From assembly GCA_007376445.1 (NCBI GenBank), contig VMGF01000002.1, positions 167,928 through 231,927 of the forward strand: a DNA stretch of 64,000 bases, read 5' to 3'. Shown in pieces: positions 1 through 7,876 of the stretch; positions within the stretch are counted from its first letter, which is position 1; each line of letters begins with the position of its first letter. Under the pieces are notes generated by a model. It was not told the DNA's origin and did not search any database. It was given only the letters and a program-made list of their open reading frames with translations. This DNA comes from Parcubacteria group bacterium Gr01-1014_3. GTDB lineage: Bacteria; Patescibacteriota; Minisyncoccia; UBA6257; WO2-44-18. Position numbers and translations under genes: made by a program.

Positions 1-639
1 TTCGAACTTAGAAAACGTCGGACCATTCTCCAGGGTAGAGAAATCTACCGCCGTGCCGAGCTGATGCTCGGAATAACCCTGATCGGCGGAGAATTGATTG
101 GAAGTCCCGGCGCCATAAGTCACCGAATAGCCGGATTTTACCGAAGCCTGCTCATAAAACGATCGGTAGGCGGATAAGATCAGTAAATTCATTCCCTCAG
201 CCTTCGCCGCTTCGAGCAGGCTGCCTAGACGGCCCGAAACTCCCGAGTGGATCAGCTGAGTCCGATTCTTTTCATATAGATATTGCGGATCGAGGCTGGA
301 AAGCTGGGCCGGGGCATAGTTTTCGCTCAAAAAATAAACCTTGGAATATTTCCGCAACAACTCCGGATCGGTGGCGCTCCACTTTTGAAGATTCCCCACG
401 ATGCTAGAGAGTTCGCTGATCTTTACCTCAAAGGCGCCGGTCTTGCTCCGCTCGGTATTTAAGGCCTGGAGCAGATTGTTGTTCTCCTCCCCCGCTTTGA
501 CGAGCGACTGCTCAAGATCGGTGATCTTAGCGCCACGAGCGGTATTCTCTTCTGAGGTTTGCCAGTAGCTATATCCGCCATAACCAAGCAATCCCGCTCC
601 GCCGATGATCAATAAAATTTTGGTTAAATTGAGCTTCAT
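1..639 (-). CDS. D-alanyl-D-alanine carboxypeptidase (M15B/VanY family), membrane anchored; truncated by the window edge
   Basis: Manual translation from ATG at 639: MKLNLTKILLIIGGAGLLGYGG (TM), coiled coil, then SAYRS...SADQGYSEHQLGTAVD (M15B motif). Not in the ORF track because it runs off the edge. Confidence 0.85.
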   Translation of the reverse strand, partial: MKLNLTKILLIIGGAGLLGYGGYSYWQTSEENTARGAKITDLEQSLVKAGEENNNLLQALNTERSKTGAFEVKISELSSIVGNLQKWSATDPELLRKYSKVYFLSENYAPAQLSSLDPQYLYEKNRTQLIHSGVSGRLGSLLEAAKAEGMNLLILSAYRSFYEQASVKSGYSVTYGAGTSNQFSADQGYSEHQLGTAVDFSTLENGPTFSKFE

Positions 640-750
640 CCCGTTAGAGATTTTGAAAAATAATTTTATAATATTCGCCGACATTAAAACAATTCATTTT
701 CCCTCGCTATGATTTTGCCGAAGTCGACATTATCTCTAACGGGACTTCAC
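639..750. mobile_element. Palindromic mini-element (CCCGTTAGA family), copy 1
   Basis: 13-bp inverted repeat tcccgttagagat (639-651) / atctctaacggga (732-744); preceded by TTCAT, followed by cttcac; abuts the start codon of the M15 gene. Confidence 0.7.
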
Positions 751-785
751 TGATTAATTTTAACATGAATTATACCGCCCGATTT

Positions 786-821
786 TCTTATGGGCTAATT
801 CGTGCGAATTAGCCCATAAGA
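786..821. repeat. Perfect 17-bp hairpin
   Basis: tcttatgggctaattcg-tg-cgaattagcccataaga; degenerate relative at 10677-10712. Confidence 0.8.
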
Positions 822-827
822 CTAAAT

Positions 828-1964
828 TTATTTTTGGCCCAGCATTTTACTCACTACGCGCTTGGCGCTCATAAAACAGGCAACTTGAGTGGCGGCGCCG
901 GCGATCGTGACGGTATTCCCTTTAAATTGAATGAATGGTTGATAATTCTTGGTAACCCCGAAGGTCCCAGACCAGGCATACTCGGCCCGAAGGTTCAGAT
1001 AAGGAAATAATTTCTTTAGAAAAGTTTTTATATTTTTTAAATGCGGGAAATGCGGATCTTTTTTCTTATGTTTTTTATTCACAGTCAGCGTCCCAAATCC
1101 GGCTAGGATTCTTCTATCCTTAGTTACTTTGAAGTAGGTATAACGATTTCTGGCGTCAAAAATTATTTTTTTCTTCACCAGCCCGGTTTTGGTCAATTCG
1201 CCTTCTGTCAGAGGCCGTGTAACAATAATCGTTGATTTCTGACTTTTTACCTGTTTCGCGGGATGATCCGCGTCTATAGCCATAATAAGTTTTTTATATT
1301 TTATGGTGCCATGCCCAGTTCTGGCCGTGTTTCCGGACAATTCTAAAAGAGCGGTGTTTTCGTAGATTTTAACCCCGTATTTCTCCACTGCTTTGGAAAA
1401 ATTTTGGGTGAACTTCAAAGGATTCAGGGAGAGTCCGTGATTGATAGATAATATTCCTTGGGTGAAAAGTTCGGTATTAATTTCCTCTTTTAATTCCTTG
1501 CCGCTAAGAAATTTAGTGGCCTGTTCGAGGTTTTTTTCTGCCTCGTATTCTTTTCGCAAGTAATTTATCAGGGATCTGTGTTTGAAGGCGCAATACAGGG
1601 TATCTTGCGGCTCAGCGTCGCAATCTATCTTCTCGTCCTGAATAACTTTTTTGATGCCCTGCAATCCTTCACGAATCGCTCGCCAATATATTTTACCTTT
1701 ATTTTTTCCGTAAGTTTTAATGATCTGTAAGAGATCTGATTCTCCGCGCAACACTAGAGTACCCGCCGCTTTTCCCGTGGCGCCACTCGCGATGTGGAGC
1801 TTTTCAATTAAAACAATGTTTTTGGCTCCGGATTTCGCGAGAAAATAAGCGGCCGACACTCCGGTAACTCCGCCGCCGACAATAAGATAATCGCACTCTA
1901 TGTCGCTTTGTAATTCTGGTCTGACTTTGTAGCCAGGATTTTTCCAAAAGACTTCAAATTTCAT
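828..1964 (-). CDS. FAD-dependent oxidoreductase (DAO/PuuB-like)
   Basis: IVGGGVTGVSAAY FAD motif, GATGKAAG, YAWSG. Start reassigned to MKFEVFW at 1964, which avoids overlap with the divergent gene. Confidence 0.85.
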   Translation of the reverse strand: MKFEVFWKNPGYKVRPELQSDIECDYLIVGGGVTGVSAAYFLAKSGAKNIVLIEKLHIASGATGKAAGTLVLRGESDLLQIIKTYGKNKGKIYWRAIREGLQGIKKVIQDEKIDCDAEPQDTLYCAFKHRSLINYLRKEYEAEKNLEQATKFLSGKELKEEINTELFTQGILSINHGLSLNPLKFTQNFSKAVEKYGVKIYENTALLELSGNTARTGHGTIKYKKLIMAIDADHPAKQVKSQKSTIIVTRPLTEGELTKTGLVKKKIIFDARNRYTYFKVTKDRRILAGFGTLTVNKKHKKKDPHFPHLKNIKTFLKKLFPYLNLRAEYAWSGTFGVTKNYQPFIQFKGNTVTIAGAATQVACFMSAKRVVSKMLGQK

Positions 1965-2008
1965 GAATACATTGAAGTATAGAGGAATTCTGATATGATT
2001 TAAAGAAT

Positions 2009-3163
2009 ATGAAATTCGATTTCTTGGTTCTGGGAGCAACGGGAATGCAAGGCAGAATCGTCACGGCCGATTTGATTGGAAAGGGTTACAAAGTTTTTGG
2101 TTCTAGCCGGCACGCGAAGGGGTTAGAAAAAGTTCAAGAACAGCATCCGACTTTTCAGTTTGAGGAGTTGGATCTATCCGATAGTAAAAAGATCGCGGAA
2201 TTAATCTCCAGAGTTAATCCGGGAGTCGTCATCAACTGCGCCGAAGGAGATTGGAACTTCGAAGTTTATCAGGCGGCTCTTGAAGCGGGAGCGAATGTGA
2301 TTGATCTTGGTTCCGATATTCCGACCACTCAAAAGCAGATGGCCCTTGATCAAGCGTTCAAAGAAAAAGGACTGACCGCTATTACCGGCTGTGGTTCCAC
2401 GCCGGGAGTAAACGACGTGATGCTCAGATACGCGTCAGGCTTTTTAGACACCATTGATACGATCGAGGCGGGTTTTGCCTGGAATTCCGAGCCTCAAACA
2501 TTCGTCGTGCCATTTTCGATGGAAAGCATCTTCGAGGAGTTCACTGATCCGGCGCAGGTCTTTGAAAACGGCGAGTGGGGCGTGAAAGTGCCTATGGAAA
2601 CCGTTCAAGACAAAGAATTCCGTGAAGTAGGAAATCAAAAAGTCTTTCTAGTCCGGCATCCGGAAACTTACACCTTTTATTACTACTTCCAGGATCTCGG
2701 GGTGAAAACAGTTCGCTTCTACGCCGGATTCCCCGATCATTCCTTTAATGTCATACAAGATTATATAAAACGGGGGCTAACTAAAGATCGGAAGTTTTGT
2801 TTGGATGGAGAAAATTGCGCCCCCCTCACAGCTCTTACTAAAATCCTTCAGGAAAAACACGCTCCGCCGGAAGGATATGAGGAAAAAGAAAATTTGTGGG
2901 TTTCTCTGACCGGCACTAAAAACGGCAGAAAGGAAACGATCTTGATGGAATGCATCGTCCCGACTCTCCCCGACTGGAAGAGCGCCGGTTGCAATATTGA
3001 TACCGGCTTTCCGGCTTCAATCATGGCTCAGATGATCCTAAATAAAGTAGTTGCTGACCGTGGCAGTTTTGCCCCGGCCGGGATTATTCCGCCGGAACCA
3101 TTTTTCGAGGAATTGAAAAAGAGAAGCATGAGAATCTACATGAACGGAGCGCAAATCGTTTAA
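2009..3163 (+). CDS. Saccharopine dehydrogenase-like oxidoreductase (lysine/carboxyspermidine dehydrogenase family)
   Basis: LVLGATGMQG Rossmann motif, GCGSTPG, RHPE, TGFPAS. Confidence 0.85.
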   Translation: MKFDFLVLGATGMQGRIVTADLIGKGYKVFGSSRHAKGLEKVQEQHPTFQFEELDLSDSKKIAELISRVNPGVVINCAEGDWNFEVYQAALEAGANVIDLGSDIPTTQKQMALDQAFKEKGLTAITGCGSTPGVNDVMLRYASGFLDTIDTIEAGFAWNSEPQTFVVPFSMESIFEEFTDPAQVFENGEWGVKVPMETVQDKEFREVGNQKVFLVRHPETYTFYYYFQDLGVKTVRFYAGFPDHSFNVIQDYIKRGLTKDRKFCLDGENCAPLTALTKILQEKHAPPEGYEEKENLWVSLTGTKNGRKETILMECIVPTLPDWKSAGCNIDTGFPASIMAQMILNKVVADRGSFAPAGIIPPEPFFEELKKRSMRIYMNGAQIV

Positions 3164-4461
3164 GCGGCTGAATCACCAGCTACATAACCGGTCGTCCAAC
3201 AGAGTTGAAGCGAGTAGCCGCCCGAGGGCCGATCTACATTTAATACGTCGCCAACGAGATAAAGCCATGGGATTAAGCGGGACTGCATTGTTTTGAAATT
3301 CACCTCTTCGAGCGCCACACCCCCGGACGAAACAATCGCTTTATTGGCCCCGAGTAAACCGGAAACATTGAGCGGAACCGCTTTCAGGAGCGCGACTATT
3401 TTCTTTCGAGATTCGGCGCTGACGCTGTGATTGGCCGTCTCCCCGCTGATCTCGGCAATCTCCAAAAGCGCGGACACTAGCGCGGCGGGGATCAGTTTGT
3501 TTAAAACATTTTTCAGCTTTTTATTGCTCTCGCCTATTAAAAGTTCCTGGAGTTTTTTGCGAAGCGAACCAAGATCGGTCTTTGGAAAAAGATCGAGCTC
3601 GATAACTACCTCGCCATATTTTAAAAGTTCGCCAATCTCTTTGCTTATATTCAAGACCGTCGGGCCGCTGATGCCAAAGTGCGTAAAGAGAAGTTTGCCA
3701 TTCACGCTGATCTGTTTTTGCCGGTTTTGTCCTCCAGAGGCGGATCCGCCCCAGGCGGAAAAAATCGTGAGCTTGATGTCTTTTAACGTAACGCCGCCAA
3801 GTTTTTTGGCCCACGCGTCTGAAAGTGCAATCGGAACAAGAGCGAAATCGTTGTCGACGATTGTATGCCCTAGTTTTTTAAGCCATTTGAATCCTTCGCC
3901 GGTCGAGCCGGTCTCCGGACGGGATGTGCCGCCAGTAGCCAGAACGCACGACTTGGTGATAATTTCCCCGCCCACATCGCTAAGCGAAGTGTGGCGGGCA
4001 GGTTTTCCGCCTTTTACTTTGATAATAATATTTTTTGTATCCGGATCGACTGAAAGCCCGGCAACCTCAACGCCCGTCTGAACTTTCACGCCACCCTCTT
4101 TCATATACTCAACCAGCACATCCCAGACGGACTTCGCGCTATCCGATACCGGGAAAATTCTACCCTCATTTTCTTCTTTGGTGGCCATGCCTCTTTTGTT
4201 AAAAAAATCTAGCGCTTCTGTAACTCCAAACTGGGAAAAAGCGGAAAAAAGAAACTGGTCATTGCCTTTGTATTTTTCAACCATCAGACGAACCGCCGGT
4301 TTATTGTTGGTCACATTACACCGCCCACCGCCGGTAATAAGCAGTTTTTTGCCCAAACCAGGATTCTTTTCAAGTAATAAAACAGAACGGCCTTTGCTTG
4401 CCGCTCTACCAGCCGCCATCATCCCAGCCGGCCCTCCGCCGATAACTACGACGTCATACAT
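3160..4461 (-). CDS. HI0933/BaiN-family NAD(P)/FAD-dependent flavoprotein
   Basis: GGGPAGMMAA, GKKLLITGGGRCNVTN, GRIFP, LFTHFGISGP, GGYSLQ; carries two short palindromic in-frame inserts. Confidence 0.92.
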   Translation of the reverse strand: MYDVVVIGGGPAGMMAAGRAASKGRSVLLLEKNPGLGKKLLITGGGRCNVTNNKPAVRLMVEKYKGNDQFLFSAFSQFGVTEALDFFNKRGMATKEENEGRIFPVSDSAKSVWDVLVEYMKEGGVKVQTGVEVAGLSVDPDTKNIIIKVKGGKPARHTSLSDVGGEIITKSCVLATGGTSRPETGSTGEGFKWLKKLGHTIVDNDFALVPIALSDAWAKKLGGVTLKDIKLTIFSAWGGSASGGQNRQKQISVNGKLLFTHFGISGPTVLNISKEIGELLKYGEVVIELDLFPKTDLGSLRKKLQELLIGESNKKLKNVLNKLIPAALVSALLEIAEISGETANHSVSAESRKKIVALLKAVPLNVSGLLGANKAIVSSGGVALEEVNFKTMQSRLIPWLYLVGDVLNVDRPSGGYSLQLCWTTGYVAGDSAA

Positions 4462-4928
4462 TAAGACTTTAATCCGGCGTCCTTCAGGATTTTTATTAAC
4501 TGAGGATCCCAGCTACGATCGATCTTACGGAAATGCTTCCATTCATAATAATCGCAATGCTTACTATCCAACTCAGGGCCTTTCCAGGGTTTTATTGGCT
4601 TCATTAAAAACGCGAAGTCGATATTTTGCAGAGGTTTTACGCCAAATGGGCCTTCTGGGAAGCGCAGATCGTAGACTCCGATCAATCGTACGACCTTGGC
4701 GTCGATCGACATCTCCTCTTTAGTTTTCCTTACCGCCGCCGCTTCAAGAGATTCCCCTTTTTTCATGCGGCCTCCAGGAATCCACCACCCATCTTTTACT
4801 GGCTGGTTCTTGCGCTTTATGACCAAAAAACCGTCGCTGGTTTCAATCAACAGATCGACGGTTACAATTGGCATCTCTGCCAATATCTTTTTATATACGT
4901 TAAGCGGAATGAAGCTTTTCTTCGCCAT
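4461..4928 (-). CDS. NUDIX hydrolase, GDP-mannose mannosyl hydrolase-like
   Basis: PIVTVDL, RKNQP, WWIPGGRMKKGES..A..RKTKEE; located in a glycan cluster. Confidence 0.8.
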   Translation of the reverse strand: MAKKSFIPLNVYKKILAEMPIVTVDLLIETSDGFLVIKRKNQPVKDGWWIPGGRMKKGESLEAAAVRKTKEEMSIDAKVVRLIGVYDLRFPEGPFGVKPLQNIDFAFLMKPIKPWKGPELDSKHCDYYEWKHFRKIDRSWDPQLIKILKDAGLKS

Positions 4929-6186
4929 TTTTAGTAATTATATGCGGATACGGCATCGGGAAAAAGAGCTTGCCGCCCTGCTCCAGATACGGCCGCTCGC
5001 GCTTGATCAATTCATCTTTAAAGAACCAGATCAACACCAACATCGCGCTGGGCTTTAATTCTCTGGCGCGTTCTTCAGAAACTAATTCAATATCGGTGCC
5101 TAAAGTTTTCAAACCGACTTTCTCCGGATTCCGCTCGCTCAAATACGGAATCATCTTTTTATCTATGCCGAAAAACTGCAACAAAACATTGCCCTTGGTG
5201 GAAGCGCCCAAACCGATTACCATTCCTCCTTTTTCTTTTTCCGCTTTAATGAAATCAAGCGTCGTCTTTTTCAGAGCGTCGATCTTGCGGGAAAATTCCC
5301 GGTAAGTTTCCGCGTCATATAATCGCATCTGCTTTTCTTTTTCATAAATCTCGGCAAGAGCTGCTGAAATTGGCCGAGGATTATTTTTATGGGTGACAAA
5401 AATTCTCAAACTGCCCCCGTTAACGGTGTTTAAAGAGGCGTCAAAAATATACAGATCATGACGATTCATTAAATTTTCCAAAACCTGCAAGGAATAATAC
5501 AAAAGATGTTCGTGGCAGATATCATAAAAATTCAATGTTTCCAGCGTAGTCGGCAAATGGCTTAGCTGAACACACCACACCCCATCAGGCGCTAAAACGG
5601 ACTTAATCTCGGAAACAAACGCATTGGGATCGTCGAGATCGTAGAACATAGCCACTGAGCTGATCGAGCGGAACTTCGCGCCGCCGCTCGCATTGAATAC
5701 TTTTGGTCCGGAAAAATAATCCTTGATGATAGTAATCGACTTATCTAATCCGCTGATGTCAATATTTTGCGCCGGATCAATGCCGCGCCTGATCGTATCG
5801 GTCGGAAAATAGCTCAACATCGTGCCGTCATTGCAGCCGATATCCAGAACGTGATCCCCCGGATTCAAAGTGATCTTTTGCGAAATCTCTTTAACGATGT
5901 CTTGTAGGGCCTCGCGCATCATTGGATTCGTGCCGGAACGATAAAAATAGCTGCGGTACATCAGATCACGATCTACAGTTTCTTTCAGCTGAACCAGGCC
6001 GCAGGCGGATTCATTTTTACTCCGATCACACAAAACCAGCGTAAGCGGGATCCGGATCTTGGAAAGTTCTTCCTTAGAATTATCCGCCACGAATGAAGAG
6101 GCCAGATATTGCTCGCCTAACCCGATAACCTCGGTGAGATCCGGATTTCCGCAAATACGGCACTTTTGTACTGTAGAATAATACAT
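4900..6186 (-). CDS. NDP-sugar C-methyltransferase (class I SAM, Zn-binding N-terminus)
   Basis: CRICG, CGLVQL, DIGCNDG, HEHL.YYS, NGGS, GASTKG. Confidence 0.88.
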   Translation of the reverse strand: MYYSTVQKCRICGNPDLTEVIGLGEQYLASSFVADNSKEELSKIRIPLTLVLCDRSKNESACGLVQLKETVDRDLMYRSYFYRSGTNPMMREALQDIVKEISQKITLNPGDHVLDIGCNDGTMLSYFPTDTIRRGIDPAQNIDISGLDKSITIIKDYFSGPKVFNASGGAKFRSISSVAMFYDLDDPNAFVSEIKSVLAPDGVWCVQLSHLPTTLETLNFYDICHEHLLYYSLQVLENLMNRHDLYIFDASLNTVNGGSLRIFVTHKNNPRPISAALAEIYEKEKQMRLYDAETYREFSRKIDALKKTTLDFIKAEKEKGGMVIGLGASTKGNVLLQFFGIDKKMIPYLSERNPEKVGLKTLGTDIELVSEERARELKPSAMLVLIWFFKDELIKRERPYLEQGGKLFFPMPYPHIITKNGEEKLHSA

Positions 6187-6855
6187 TTATTTTTTAGTAA
6201 AACGCTCTTTCAGCATCAGCATTAAAATTTCCCAGCCGGTTTTAAATGGCGACATTTTTCGCACACCGCCGATGCGCTCCGGTTCATCTGCCGCGATCTC
6301 TGCCACGCGCAATCCCCGCTTGATGAATTTGATCGGCATTTGAATGGACCAGGACAATCCCTTGGCATCCATATTCAGATCTTTGAAAACCGATCTCCGG
6401 TATCCCCGAAAACCAACCAATACATCCGAATACGATGACCAAAAAAGAAGATTGACCATTTTTGTAAACATCCAATTACCCTTTGATGTTAAAAAGTCAT
6501 CATCATAATTCACGGCTGGTGGCTTATACCGCGAAGCAATGACAAAATCGTAACCCTCATTCAACTTATTTACCACATCAGAAATCTTTTCTGGAAGGGA
6601 ATTGCCGTCCGCCGGAAATTCGATCACGAAATCTCCCGTGGCCAGTTCATAACCCTCCTGCATGGCATTTCCATAGCCCTTGCCGGACTGACGATGAACC
6701 CGGTAGCCGTTGGCGCGGCAAAACTCAACGGTCCCATCCGTAGATCCCCCGTCAACGACTATCAGCTCGTCCACCCATTCTTTTTTAATTTTTGGCAGCA
6801 CCGCCCGGACCGCCTCAATCTCGTTCAGTGTTGGCGCGATTAATGTGACTTTCAT
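6187..6855 (-). CDS. Glycosyltransferase family 2 (DPM synthase-like)
   Basis: PTLNE, VVDGGSTDGT, ADG, ASRY. Confidence 0.9.
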   Translation of the reverse strand: MKVTLIAPTLNEIEAVRAVLPKIKKEWVDELIVVDGGSTDGTVEFCRANGYRVHRQSGKGYGNAMQEGYELATGDFVIEFPADGNSLPEKISDVVNKLNEGYDFVIASRYKPPAVNYDDDFLTSKGNWMFTKMVNLLFWSSYSDVLVGFRGYRRSVFKDLNMDAKGLSWSIQMPIKFIKRGLRVAEIAADEPERIGGVRKMSPFKTGWEILMLMLKERFTKK

Positions 6856-7838
6856 AATCCTCGTTTTGCCTTTTCCGTTTTATACCAATTAATAGTACTG
6901 GCTAAACCATCTCGTAGCAAGATTCTCGAAGAAAAACCGATCTTTTCCTTTGCCTTCCGGGTATCACAAGTTCGCCGAGGCTGACCGTCCGGCTTAGTGG
7001 AGTCAAACACGATGTCTAATTTAGCGCCGGTAAGCTCAACTAATAATTTGGCAAGATCCCCGATGGAGGTCTCTTCATCGCTTCCGATATTCAGCGGATC
7101 GGCCACCGGATATTTTTCGCACACATCTAAAAGGCCGCGCGCGAAATCTTTCGCGTAAAGAAATGATCTGGTTTGCTTCCCGCTGCCCCAGACCACCAGT
7201 GGATTCTCGCCGCTCAATATCCGCTTGATCAAACTCGGGATCACATGATTGGTCGGGGCGAAAAAATCATCCCTGGGGCCATACGCGTTGTAAGGGCGGG
7301 CTATCGCTATCTTCATGCCGAATTCTTCGGCGTATGCTTTTCCAAGATACTCCTCCATCCGCTTTGACCAGCCATAGCCGGCATTGCTTGGATCCGGCTG
7401 ATCTTTCACGCCTTCCTCTTCTGGAGTCGGGCTGGTCGTATTCGTGGGGTAAACACAGGCCGAGCTGACCACTAAAAAACGCTCAACGCCAACCTCACGC
7501 GCGGCATCAATGACATTCATAAATGAGGTTATGTTGTCCCGGAACAAGCTCGCGTGGTGAGCCATGCTATGCGCGATTCCGCCGCCCTTAGCCGCCGCCA
7601 GGTTCAAAACGATCTCCTGGCCTTTCATGGCACGTAAAACACTCGGTTTATCAAATAGATCGACCTCAACAACGGTAATCTTATCGCGTACAGATTCTAA
7701 GAAATCTAATTTAGTGGTTTTGCGGACCGGAACAGTCACTTTCGCTCCACGCTCCACCAGCATTTCTACTAAGTGACTTCCAATAAGCCCGGCGCCACCG
7801 GTGACAAATACTTTTTTATTTGCATAAAAATCAGCCAT
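6852..7838 (-). CDS. NAD-dependent epimerase/dehydratase (GDP-sugar epimerase/fucose synthase-like)
   Basis: VTGGAGLIGSHL, SSACVYP, YGWSK (YxxxK), NAYGP. Confidence 0.9.
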   Translation of the reverse strand: MADFYANKKVFVTGGAGLIGSHLVEMLVERGAKVTVPVRKTTKLDFLESVRDKITVVEVDLFDKPSVLRAMKGQEIVLNLAAAKGGGIAHSMAHHASLFRDNITSFMNVIDAAREVGVERFLVVSSACVYPTNTTSPTPEEEGVKDQPDPSNAGYGWSKRMEEYLGKAYAEEFGMKIAIARPYNAYGPRDDFFAPTNHVIPSLIKRILSGENPLVVWGSGKQTRSFLYAKDFARGLLDVCEKYPVADPLNIGSDEETSIGDLAKLLVELTGAKLDIVFDSTKPDGQPRRTCDTRKAKEKIGFSSRILLRDGLASTINWYKTEKAKRGL

Positions 7839-7876
7839 TAATGTATTCCGATTCTATTATAAATACGCCCTCTCCG

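Noticed and set aside
3431-4081. 216-aa + strand ORF
   Set aside because: Antisense shadow of the well-supported HI0933 flavoprotein.
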